Source: a virus
Lineage: Duplodnaviria; Caudoviricetes
IMG/VR virus record: IMGVR_UViG_3300020044_011464
Coordinates: 1-25,984 of that record
Strand: one strand, 5' to 3'
Length of the DNA stretch: 25,984 nt
Part shown: piece by piece, positions 7,870-15,626 of the stretch
How positions within the stretch are numbered: the first letter of the stretch is position 1
Layout of the letters: every line of letters begins with the position of its first letter
Program-made: the position numbers and the translations under genes
Notes under the pieces: model-generated
The model's input: only the letters and a program-made list of their open reading frames with translations
Told to the model about the DNA's origin: nothing
Databases searched by the model: none

Positions 7870-8067
7870 ATGACAGAAGTACTCATTCCTATCGTATTGG
7901 ACATTGTTAAAGCTTACCCATGGTTTCCAGTGGTGACAAGCGCTGTCGCACTAGCTTCCGCTGTGGCTGCTGTGACTCCAACACCTAAAGCTGGAAGCAC
8001 TTGGTCCAAAGTCTACAAAGTAGTCGATATTGTCGCTTTGAACTTTGGCAAAGCCAAGCAAAAATAA
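7870..8067 (+). CDS. small membrane protein (holin-like or virion-associated)
   Basis: Hydrophobic segment followed by TPTP...YKVVDIVALNFGKAK, a pattern common in small phage membrane proteins. Confidence 0.7.
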   Translation: MTEVLIPIVLDIVKAYPWFPVVTSAVALASAVAAVTPTPKAGSTWSKVYKVVDIVALNFGKAKQK

Positions 8068-8092
8068 TCATTAAAATAGATTAAAAAATCCC

Positions 8093-8133
8093 ACTGAGCT
8101 AGAGAAATAAAACACTCTGGCTCAGTTTTTTTT
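8093..8133 (+). terminator. intrinsic terminator
   Basis: ACTGAGCTAGAG / CTCTGGCTCAGT 12-bp stem (one G-U pair), 10-nt loop, followed by a T run. Confidence 0.85.
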
Positions 8134-8134
8134 G

Positions 8135-8163
8135 TTGACAAGCCGCAGATGATATGAGATTAT
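8135..8163 (+). promoter_or_regulatory. sigma70-type promoter, predicted leaderless transcript
   Basis: TTGACA (8135-8140), 17 nt, TG-A-GATTAT (8158-8163), 6 nt to ATG 8170. Confidence 0.6.
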
Positions 8164-8169
8164 CAGCTT

Positions 8170-8403
8170 ATGCAGAAACTGATACTAAGATACGATTGGT
8201 CAGTTCCTTACGAAGCGTCAGGAACTGGAGTCATCCCATTTGAATACGAATCACTTGAACTTGCTTATGTTGACTTTTATGATTTACAAGAAAAATCTGA
8301 ATACTATTTCTGGTTTTTGGGTCACGAATTTAACAAATCTGAAGATGTCGAATTCTTTACTTTAGAAGAATGGTTTGAGCGTTATAAATTTAAACAACAA
8401 TGA
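8170..8403 (+). CDS. hypothetical protein
   Basis: 77 aa, acidic and aromatic, with an ATGA overlap to the next gene. Confidence 0.72.
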   Translation: MQKLILRYDWSVPYEASGTGVIPFEYESLELAYVDFYDLQEKSEYYFWFLGHEFNKSEDVEFFTLEEWFERYKFKQQ

Positions 8404-8792
8404 AAAAAAATCAATTAATCGAACAATTGCAAAAAATCAAAGGCAACCCCGAAATCAAAATGTGGAACGGGTATGTTGATGATTGGATGGATATTAAGCT
8501 TTGCGAACAAGAGTTTGTCAAAGAATCGGAGGACTTTATTCGTTGGGGTGTCGAAATGGAGTGGAAAGAAAAGAACCGATCGTGGGAAATCCCTGAAGAG
8601 GCACAGATTCAAATCGAAGAGGTTATAAAAGAAATGTTAAAAAATAGACAGTGGGAATTGCCGAATCAATATTTGCAAACAGAAGAAGATGAGAAGCGTT
8701 GGTATGGTAAAAATAAAAAGAAGTTTGTTTTAATCAACGGAAAAATTCGCGGCAAATCAATTGAAGATCGACTTGGAAAAGTCAGCTACTAA
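8400..8792 (+). CDS. hypothetical protein
   Basis: 130 aa, translationally coupled within the operon. Confidence 0.75.
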   Translation: MKKNQLIEQLQKIKGNPEIKMWNGYVDDWMDIKLCEQEFVKESEDFIRWGVEMEWKEKNRSWEIPEEAQIQIEEVIKEMLKNRQWELPNQYLQTEEDEKRWYGKNKKKFVLINGKIRGKSIEDRLGKVSY

Positions 8793-8793
8793 T

Positions 8794-9876
8794 ATGAAAC
8801 TACCAAACAAAGAAGAATTTAATTTCAAAGATTGCGTCATCGCTGGTGACGAATGTTGGCTCATTACACCAAAAGAAATCGGAGTTAAGTGGACAGAAGA
8901 TACGATGAAATTTCGTTCGATGATCGTTCGCAAGTCTGATAATTTTATCGTATCGCGTTCGTTTTCGAAATTTTTCAATTATACGGAGCAGCCAGATTTG
9001 GACAAATTTCCTCTGGATGAATCTTTTGTTGCTTATGAGAAATTAGATGGCAGCTTGCTCATTTGCGATCAATACAAAAACGATCTTCTGCTTAGAACTA
9101 GAGGCACGACAGATGCAAGACAAATGCCTAATGGTCATGAGATTGATTTTTTAATCAATAAATATAAAAAGTTTTTTGAATTCATCACAAGCGTTGATAG
9201 CAATTCGGAATTTACATTTTTGTGTGAGTGGCAGACTAATAGTAACGTGATTGTTATTGGTGGTTTTCCAGAACCTAAATTGTCTCTGATTGGAATCATT
9301 AAAAAAGATTCTGGATGGATGGCATCGCAAAAATATTTAGACGAATTGGCTATTGCTCTTGAAATCGAAAGACCTGTAAAATATTCCTACAACTCTATTC
9401 AAGAATGTCTTGAGGATGTTGAAATGTGGGTAGGTAGAGAGGGTGTCGTTCTATACTCTGAATCGGGAAAAATGCGCAAGGCAAAGAGCAGTTGGTATTG
9501 TTCTGTTCACCGATTGGCAACTGGATTGCGTAGCACTTCTCACGTTTTAGAATTCTTTTTGGAGTCTCCGAGATACACTGATTATCAGGATTTTTATAAT
9601 TATACTGTCGATCACATCGACTTCGAAGTGGCAGAAAAAATCAAAAACGAGGCTAAATTAATTACCGATGCCTATGCTAAATTCGTAAAGTGCGTAGATA
9701 ATATCAACCAGAGGATGCTATTCATTCGTGATTATTCCAATCGCAAAGAACAAGCAATGGCAATTCAACAAGAGTTTCGTGATTGGAAGACTGCTATTGC
9801 ATTCATTCTACTCGATAATCGTAAGATTGATGATAAGGTCGTGCGCAAAGCAATGGAGAAAATCTTAGAAATCTAA
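8794..9876 (+). CDS. T4 Rnl1-like RNA ligase
   Basis: SFSKFFN, motif I EKLDGS, TRGT, motif III CEW, motif IV EGVV, motif V KAKSSWY. Start moved to ATG 8794, 1 nt after the upstream stop. Confidence 0.88.
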   Translation: MKLPNKEEFNFKDCVIAGDECWLITPKEIGVKWTEDTMKFRSMIVRKSDNFIVSRSFSKFFNYTEQPDLDKFPLDESFVAYEKLDGSLLICDQYKNDLLLRTRGTTDARQMPNGHEIDFLINKYKKFFEFITSVDSNSEFTFLCEWQTNSNVIVIGGFPEPKLSLIGIIKKDSGWMASQKYLDELAIALEIERPVKYSYNSIQECLEDVEMWVGREGVVLYSESGKMRKAKSSWYCSVHRLATGLRSTSHVLEFFLESPRYTDYQDFYNYTVDHIDFEVAEKIKNEAKLITDAYAKFVKCVDNINQRMLFIRDYSNRKEQAMAIQQEFRDWKTAIAFILLDNRKIDDKVVRKAMEKILEI

Positions 9877-9879
9877 AAC

Positions 9880-10626
9880 ATGATACTCATTAACAGATAC
9901 TTTGAAAACGAGCGTGAGCTTTGGGGCGAACACATCTATTGTGAAGATTTGTGCCGCGACAATAACATTAAGCGCAATGGCTTTACGCCGATTGTAGCGC
10001 GAGGCAGTATCGCTTTCGACAACAGCGTGAAGTTCACGCTAAAGACTCTTGGGTTGCCTGATTTACGCTTTCCATTCAACAATGACCCGAAGTATTACAA
10101 TTACTCTAATTGGGGATATTTGCCGAATTTGCTCAATCATGAATTTTTGATCTGTGATAAAAATTTTACTTTGGATGCGTTAAAAGCTTTCGGAAAATTA
10201 TGGATTCGTTGCGCGAGCGGCAATAAGAATTTTACTGGTGGAGTATTCACCAAAGATGAATTTGAACAAGAGCTTGAATATTTAAAACAAGTTAATTGTG
10301 ATGATATTGACTTTGTTATAGACAGAGCGAAACAAATCAATCGTGAATATCGTTTTGTATTCGTTGGCGGCAAAGTGATTAGCAGTAGCCTCTACATGGA
10401 AAACGGCAATCCAAAACAAGGAGAACCAGCACCTGACGATCTCATTAAGTTCGCGCAGAAATGGTTTGATATTCAATGCATCTTGCCCAAAAGTGTCGTA
10501 GTGGATATTACTGATGACCAGAAGATTATTGAAATCAATAATTTGTTTACAAGTGGTTGGTATAGCTGCGATCTGGAAAAGATTATCGCGGCAGTAAAGA
10601 AAGAACTTGACATTTTTAAAAACTAG
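9880..10626 (+). CDS. ATP-grasp domain protein (R2K/DUF4343-like)
   Basis: WIR..SGNKNFTGGVF, EYRFVFVGGKVISSSLY, VVVDI and IIEINNLFTSGWY. Confidence 0.8.
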   Translation: MILINRYFENERELWGEHIYCEDLCRDNNIKRNGFTPIVARGSIAFDNSVKFTLKTLGLPDLRFPFNNDPKYYNYSNWGYLPNLLNHEFLICDKNFTLDALKAFGKLWIRCASGNKNFTGGVFTKDEFEQELEYLKQVNCDDIDFVIDRAKQINREYRFVFVGGKVISSSLYMENGNPKQGEPAPDDLIKFAQKWFDIQCILPKSVVVDITDDQKIIEINNLFTSGWYSCDLEKIIAAVKKELDIFKN

Positions 10627-10634
10627 AGTATATT
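10607..10634 (+). promoter_or_regulatory. sigma70-type promoter, predicted leaderless transcript
   Basis: TTGACA (10607-10612), 16 nt, TATATT (10629-10634), 6 nt to ATG 10641. Confidence 0.65.
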
Positions 10635-10640
10635 GAGCGT

Positions 10641-10826
10641 ATGGAAAAAGATCCTGATATTCTTGACGTTTTACGTCATTATAACAAACTTCCAGCGATA
10701 CTTCGTAACATGGATAACGAACTCAGCATTATTTGGCAAATCATTGCCAGAGCGGAAGATGAGATTGTCAAGTTGAGAGAAGAAAACAAACAATTAAAAA
10801 AACAATTAAAAAATAATGAATTATGA
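10641..10826 (+). CDS. hypothetical coiled-coil protein
   Basis: 61 aa with a C-terminal heptad pattern, directly after a promoter. Confidence 0.68.
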   Translation: MEKDPDILDVLRHYNKLPAILRNMDNELSIIWQIIARAEDEIVKLREENKQLKKQLKNNEL

Positions 10827-11049
10827 ATTTCAATGCTCGTTCTGTCGAAAGGCAGAAGCTTCATGGATTTATATGCCTAGTGGTGAATACGCCTGTGATG
10901 ACTGTGTGCCGCGAAAGTGTTCCTGTAATATGGAGCCGATAGATGGCAATTGGGAAAACGAAAATGAAAGCAATTGGGACTATATAAAAGATGAAAAAGG
11001 AAAACATTTACCTTGCTGTGAATGGGAACAGATAACAAAATTTTTATGA
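10816..11049 (+). CDS. small Cys-rich putative zinc-binding protein
   Basis: CSFC...CDDC...CSC...PCCEW. Confidence 0.72.
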   Translation: MNYEFQCSFCRKAEASWIYMPSGEYACDDCVPRKCSCNMEPIDGNWENENESNWDYIKDEKGKHLPCCEWEQITKFL

Positions 11050-11282
11050 ACAAATTATTGGCAACAAGTAATACGTGCGGTCCATGTCACTTGCTGAAAG
11101 CAAGACTGGAAAAATCCGCAATATCAGTGAATATAAAAAGCATGAATGAACCCGAAAACATTCCTTGGTTTCGTGAAAAAAGCATTAGAAATGTTCCTAT
11201 GCTTATCATCGAAGACGATCAAGGAAATGAGATCGAGCGAATTACAGGCGTAGAAGATATTTATAACAATTTAAAACAATGA
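11046..11282 (+). CDS. glutaredoxin/thioredoxin-like protein
   Basis: CGPC active site, IRNVPML (cis-Pro) and RITG. Start moved to ATG 11046 (ATGA overlap). Confidence 0.85.
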   Translation: MNKLLATSNTCGPCHLLKARLEKSAISVNIKSMNEPENIPWFREKSIRNVPMLIIEDDQGNEIERITGVEDIYNNLKQ

Positions 11283-11623
11283 AAAAAACACTAATGGCAC
11301 TATTAGCCACAACGATGTTAGCGAATGCTCTGGAGTATGGAAAAGCTTCTTTTTATTCTGTGAAAACAAACAGAGGATCAATTACTGCAAGCGGCGAAAG
11401 ACTCAACGATACAAAGCTAACTGCTGCCCACAGAACTCTTCCTTTCGGCTCAATCGTTAAAGTGACTAATTTGTCCAATGGTCGATCTGTTATTGTAAGG
11501 ATAAATGACAGAGGACCATTTATTTCGGGCAGAGTAATTGACGTTTCTCTCGCCGCAGCAACATCTCTCGACTTCAAACACAAAGGCATTACAAGAGTCA
11601 AAGTAGAAAAGGTGCAAAAATAA
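11279..11623 (+). CDS. rlpA: RlpA-family (DPBB) lytic transglycosylase-like protein
   Basis: Signal-peptide-like N-terminus, then [31 protein letters not shown] and RVIDVS. Confidence 0.93.
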   Translation: MKKTLMALLATTMLANALEYGKASFYSVKTNRGSITASGERLNDTKLTAAHRTLPFGSIVKVTNLSNGRSVIVRINDRGPFISGRVIDVSLAAATSLDFKHKGITRVKVEKVQK

Positions 11624-11624
11624 C

Positions 11625-11653
11625 TTGACAAGTGTTAATCTATCTGTTTAAAT
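11625..11653 (+). promoter_or_regulatory. possible sigma70-type promoter
   Basis: TTGACA (11625-11630) just after the rlpA stop, 17 nt, imperfect TG-T-TTAAAT. Confidence 0.45.
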
Positions 11654-11669
11654 AGCCCCGCACAAGATT

Positions 11670-11765
11670 ATGGACATACTACTTTCAACAACTAATGGAT
11701 GGGACGCACTTATTACGTGTGTTATGTTTGGAGTTATTGCTATCTTATTTCTTTCAACACCATGA
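11670..11765 (+). CDS. 31-aa single-TM peptide (not in ORF track)
   Basis: MDILLSTTNGWDALITCVMFGVIAILFLSTP*. Follows a promoter, and its TGA overlaps ATG 11762 (ATGA). Confidence 0.6.
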   Translation: MDILLSTTNGWDALITCVMFGVIAILFLSTP

Positions 11766-11971
11766 AAAACTGGATAATCAATAAATGGGACTGGTGGATG
11801 TATTGGAAAGCAATGCGATCACTACAACGAATGTCTAAAAGCGATATTGCATTTACTTATTTGATGGAGTTGCACTTGCGCGACTATAATCAAAAAATAC
11901 ATTCTCTTCCCGCCTTAAAATCAGCAACAGAATATTTCTACAACTCTCTACCGCAAAACAATGAAGATTAA
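11762..11971 (+). CDS. hypothetical protein
   Basis: Start moved to ATG 11762 (MKNWIINKWDWWMYW) on the basis of ATGA coupling. Confidence 0.65.
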   Translation: MKNWIINKWDWWMYWKAMRSLQRMSKSDIAFTYLMELHLRDYNQKIHSLPALKSATEYFYNSLPQNNED

Positions 11972-12161
11972 CGAAGACTACAATGTTACAACTGGTGACG
12001 TTTTGGCATCTATCAAATCCATTGACGATAAATTGTCTATGGCAAAAGAAGGATGGGATGACGCTCCTGTAGATAAAAAATCAAAGTGGATGGCAACAAT
12101 CAATCAACTACTAGATGATAGGCTTTCACTCATGAACATGCGAGACAAATATTGTAGTTGA
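11961..12161 (+). CDS. hypothetical protein
   Basis: 66 aa, helical-hairpin-like, overlapping the upstream stop. Confidence 0.68.
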   Translation: MKINEDYNVTTGDVLASIKSIDDKLSMAKEGWDDAPVDKKSKWMATINQLLDDRLSLMNMRDKYCS

Positions 12162-12183
12162 AACCAACCAAAAAAACACGCTT

Positions 12184-12468
12184 ATGACAGAAGAACTATT
12201 TATCAAAATGGACGGATATGAAAAATGCATTGTGGGGGTTGTCGAGCAATTCGGCAGACCCCCTATTCTTTGCTATGATAAAAGAAAAATTCTAGCAAAG
12301 CTAATAGACGATGGAATGTCGTATGATGAAGCTGAAGAGTTTTTTGAATACAATCAAATTGGCGCTTACATTGGCGATTCTACGCCATGTTTCGTGACTC
12401 TGATGACAAAAAGCGATAAAGACTTATTTCAAGCTTTGGGTATAGTGACTTATGAGGGCGAAAATTAA
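12184..12468 (+). CDS. conserved phage hypothetical protein
   Basis: DGYEKCIVG...YD..KI...DGMSYDEAEEFFEYNQIGAYIGDSTP is a pattern widespread in phages. Confidence 0.82.
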   Translation: MTEELFIKMDGYEKCIVGVVEQFGRPPILCYDKRKILAKLIDDGMSYDEAEEFFEYNQIGAYIGDSTPCFVTLMTKSDKDLFQALGIVTYEGEN

Positions 12469-13054
12469 TCTCAAAAACTTTGAAAAGTTCAAAGAATATG
12501 TGCATGAATATTGCCAAAAGCACGAAAAAACAATTACGTTAGTTCCACGCAAAACCGTATCACAAGAAGCATTTAAAGATTTTAAGTGCGGCGGTTTTTG
12601 CGATGGAGATGAAATGGTTGTAGCGACCAAGAATCCTAATTTTCATACTATATTTATTCACGAATTTGCTCATCTGACACAGGCAGTTGAGCGTATTCCA
12701 GCATGGTATGAGTCTGGAGACATTTGGAGCGCCTTAGATAAGGGCAAGGTGTCATTGCGGCAATGGGACGAGTTTGTCAAAGTAATTGCCGTAGAGAGGG
12801 ATTGTGAGCGCAGAGCGCTGAATTTAATCAAGAAATTTAATATCACCAGCCCCGAAATCTATGCTCGTAACGCGAATACTTATTTGTATTATTATCAGTA
12901 TGTGTTTCTGACTAAGCGGTGGTCACGCCGCAAAAGCCTGTATGAATGTGAGAAACTACACGATCTAGTGCCAGACAAACTGCTTCCCGCTAGTCATTTC
13001 AAGAATATCAATATGGAAGTAATGACCAGGCTCTTTGATTACTACAAAAGATAA
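12452..13054 (+). CDS. putative zincin-like metallopeptidase
   Basis: HEFAH (HExxH) with a downstream ERDCE that could supply a third ligand. Confidence 0.6.
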   Translation: MRAKINLKNFEKFKEYVHEYCQKHEKTITLVPRKTVSQEAFKDFKCGGFCDGDEMVVATKNPNFHTIFIHEFAHLTQAVERIPAWYESGDIWSALDKGKVSLRQWDEFVKVIAVERDCERRALNLIKKFNITSPEIYARNANTYLYYYQYVFLTKRWSRRKSLYECEKLHDLVPDKLLPASHFKNINMEVMTRLFDYYKR

Positions 13055-13372
13055 TTACTTTTTGATGTATTTTTCGGGATCTTCTTGGAATCGCTTGCCA
13101 AGTTTAATGATTCCATTGATTATTTCTGGACTAATGACACCGATAATGCCATAGCAAATGGCTTTATAGAGCGACGAAATATCTGTCTGCTCCAAAATAA
13201 ACCACGCAATAGAAGAAGAGATCGCCGCTGCGGTGATCTTTTTTGCGTATTCAAGAATACCAACTTTTTTCTGAGCCGACAATAAGCGAGCTAACATTGC
13301 TGCTGCACCGATCAGAGGAATGACCCAACCTCCGTCTAAAAACTCCTTGATTATTGATTTTTCTGGCTCCAT
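13055..13372 (-). CDS. putative holin
   Basis: 105 aa with three hydrophobic segments and a charged C-terminus, directly downstream of the amidase. Confidence 0.7.
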   Translation of the reverse strand: MEPEKSIIKEFLDGGWVIPLIGAAAMLARLLSAQKKVGILEYAKKITAAAISSSIAWFILEQTDISSLYKAICYGIIGVISPEIINGIIKLGKRFQEDPEKYIKK

Positions 13373-13379
13373 TTGCAGG

Positions 13380-13388
13380 TATTTACAC
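13380..13388 (-). promoter_or_regulatory. candidate late-promoter motif GTGTAAATA
   Basis: Starts 16 nt before ATG 13372. Confidence 0.6.
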
Positions 13389-13397
13389 TAGATTTTT

Positions 13398-14000
13398 TTA
13401 TTTAAAATGCTTTTTTAATGCTTCGTAAAATTTAGCAAATTCTTTTGGATTGAGGTCTTTTTTACGGTTTGGAGCAATCGTTCTGTGGTCAGTAACCATG
13501 TCAAGAGTGATGTTCCATTTCTTCATGAGTGGCACGATATATTCAATCGCAGACTCGATTGCGGCAGGTTGTAGCGGCTCTGTGTAGGAACTACGCTCAA
13601 ATGCCACACCAATAGAACAGTTATTGAGGCTAGTCATACCCTTAAACGAGCTTGCACCAGCATGATACGCTCTATTGTCATCGCGATTCGTGATCGTGCG
13701 TCTGCCGTCACGCGCAATGATGCAATGATAACTAGCGTAAAGTCTTTCGCCAGTCGATGGATTGTTGATTTTGCTAGTCCAATCAATTGAGCCGCTGTAA
13801 TTGCCTTCTGTATCGTGCATAACAATAGCCTTGGGAGCGATTTTACGGGCGCGTGGTCCGTTTGTTTGAGGCGACAAAGCAACTGTTTCAGGATATTTAT
13901 TAGGCATTATATTTGGTGTCTTAGGGTTAGAAAGCGGCAAACTTGGGGTCGAAGATTTCGCCCCAAGTAAACTTGTAAGTTTTGAGAAAATGTTTTTCAC
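13398..14000 (-). CDS. N-acetylmuramoyl-L-alanine amidase (Amidase_2) endolysin
   Basis: IVMHDT, ASYHCII, AYHAG, NNCSIGV and DHRTIAPNRKKD motifs. GTG start. Confidence 0.9.
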   Translation of the reverse strand: MKNIFSKLTSLLGAKSSTPSLPLSNPKTPNIMPNKYPETVALSPQTNGPRARKIAPKAIVMHDTEGNYSGSIDWTSKINNPSTGERLYASYHCIIARDGRRTITNRDDNRAYHAGASSFKGMTSLNNCSIGVAFERSSYTEPLQPAAIESAIEYIVPLMKKWNITLDMVTDHRTIAPNRKKDLNPKEFAKFYEALKKHFK

Positions 14001-14007
14001 TTTCTTG

Positions 14008-14016
14008 TATTTACAC
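14008..14016 (-). promoter_or_regulatory. candidate late-promoter motif GTGTAAATA
   Basis: Starts 16 nt before GTG 14000. Confidence 0.6.
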
Positions 14017-14024
14017 CGTATTTT

Positions 14025-14291
14025 TTAAGTATTCTTCATTTCTTCAATAAATTGACAGATCATTTTGTCTCGCTCGGTTGCTTTTCGAAGTCTGAATTCA
14101 GTCTCAAAGGAATGAGAAGAGTAAACAGTCGTTTTATGAAACACCCAATCTTCGTGATTATCGCCATCTGCACGTATCGAATAGGACGTTTTCCAATCAA
14201 AAACAGCACAAATATACTTTATCGCGACTTCTTTTGCCTCAGTTGGAGACAGATCGACGCTAATGATTTGAGACACTTTTGCCGAAATCAT
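14025..14291 (-). CDS. hypothetical protein
   Basis: 88 aa with an ATGA overlap to the upstream gene. Confidence 0.7.
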   Translation of the reverse strand: MISAKVSQIISVDLSPTEAKEVAIKYICAVFDWKTSYSIRADGDNHEDWVFHKTTVYSSHSFETEFRLRKATERDKMICQFIEEMKNT

Positions 14292-14572
14292 GATAATATA
14301 ACCTCCAATGGCGCAAACTGTTCGATTTCTCGGCAGAAACCTTGAACTTGTAGGGTATCAAAGTTTTTTACCGCCATTTTGAGTGTCGAGATTTTTTGCA
14401 TAAATTTGCTATAGTCATCGTTTTGATAAAACAAATAACCAGTTTTTGAATCGCTGATGTAATCATCCCCGATTTTATATCGAAGAGGATCAATGACTAG
14501 CTCCAGTGGATGATAGCTGCAAAATCCCAGAACATAATTAACAATGTCGTGGTATTTAATGTTGATTTTCAT
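14288..14572 (-). CDS. hypothetical protein
   Basis: 94 aa, starting 1 nt after the thyX stop. Confidence 0.7.
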   Translation of the reverse strand: MKINIKYHDIVNYVLGFCSYHPLELVIDPLRYKIGDDYISDSKTGYLFYQNDDYSKFMQKISTLKMAVKNFDTLQVQGFCREIEQFAPLEVILS

Positions 14573-14573
14573 A

Positions 14574-15209
14574 TTAATAACCCCAGGCTTTTAGTGTGTG
14601 TTCAAAAGGATTTCCATCTATTTGTTTAACAAGCTGTAGCATTTCGTCAGCGACTTCGCGGGTTTCTTGTTGAGTATCGTTTTTTAATCGCAATTTCCAC
14701 ATGTGTATATACGCCAGCAACGAACCCGTCCAAATGAATTGTGTTTCTAAACAAAGAGGGAGAATGGCTCTGGCTTGCTCTTTCGCTACTCCAGCATCAC
14801 ACAGTTCTTGATACAATTTTTTACTACATGCTATATGATGATCCATCTGACTAATTAAATCAGGTCTGTCTAATACACCATCGCTTCCCTGTTTAGAGGA
14901 AGAAGATTGTTGTCTAAGTTCCTTTATATTGAAATAGTTATCAGAGAAATCAACATATCTACCACTGATACTATTTGCTGACAACCCAATCTGATGTTTA
15001 AAAAGCTGTCGTTCAACAAAAATTGGACACTCGATTCTAAATTGTAATTGTGGGTGTCTAAAAGGTGCAGTATGTTTATGCTCTACCAAGTATTTTAATA
15101 GTTTTGCATCTTTATCATCTAAAATATTTTTATTCTTGCCATAAGAAACTCTAGCGGCATTGACGATCATCAAATCGTCTCCGAAATGATTCAATAGTTC
15201 TATTTTCAT
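14574..15209 (-). CDS. thyX: FAD-dependent thymidylate synthase
   Basis: IVNAARVSY, HTAPF, PIFVERQLFKHQ...SGRY, GVAKEQARAILP and LRL...TQQETR. Confidence 0.95.
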   Translation of the reverse strand: MKIELLNHFGDDLMIVNAARVSYGKNKNILDDKDAKLLKYLVEHKHTAPFRHPQLQFRIECPIFVERQLFKHQIGLSANSISGRYVDFSDNYFNIKELRQQSSSSKQGSDGVLDRPDLISQMDHHIACSKKLYQELCDAGVAKEQARAILPLCLETQFIWTGSLLAYIHMWKLRLKNDTQQETREVADEMLQLVKQIDGNPFEHTLKAWGY

Positions 15210-15215
15210 ATTTAT

Positions 15216-15626
15216 TTAAATTAATTTAAGAGAGTTGATGATGTTGTTTAATTGACGCGATTTTGCATCAATGGGAACATTGTGAATATCAGTATTTCCA
15301 TGGCGATTTTCAATCACAAAATAGAATACATCTGCCCCGATTTCTTTTGCCTTTTCATCGTAAAAGGCGAATTCTTGCTCTCGACTATTAGTATTTGCTA
15401 CCACAACGGTATCAACTTGATCGTCTTGCAATGCCGCAACAAAAGCTTTACGACAGTATTCGTGAGCCTCTGGAGTGCGTGATGCTTCAAATTGATACTT
15501 GCCTTCATCAGAAGTAAAGAAATCATCGGCGCAGCAAATTTTCACATTGCCGCCAAACAGTGTCGCAGCAGTGGATTTGCCAGATCCACTTACTCCGCGC
15601 AGGATAATTACATTTTTATTTTTCAC
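15216..15626 (-). CDS. P-loop polynucleotide kinase-like protein (AAA_33/N4BP2-like)
   Basis: ILRGVSGSGKST Walker A, ADDFF, EAHEYC, VVVANTN and HNVP. Confidence 0.82.
   Translation of the reverse strand: MKNKNVIILRGVSGSGKSTAATLFGGNVKICCADDFFTSDEGKYQFEASRTPEAHEYCRKAFVAALQDDQVDTVVVANTNSREQEFAFYDEKAKEIGADVFYFVIENRHGNTDIHNVPIDAKSRQLNNIINSLKLI

Noticed and set aside
13049-13060. Convergent stop codons abutting with no gap or terminator
   Set aside because: Ordinary tight packing in a phage genome, with no further structure seen.
14950-15020. ThyX motif reads KHQ rather than RHR
   Set aside because: KHQ-type variants are familiar among phage and bacterial ThyX, and the catalytic S.RY is intact.
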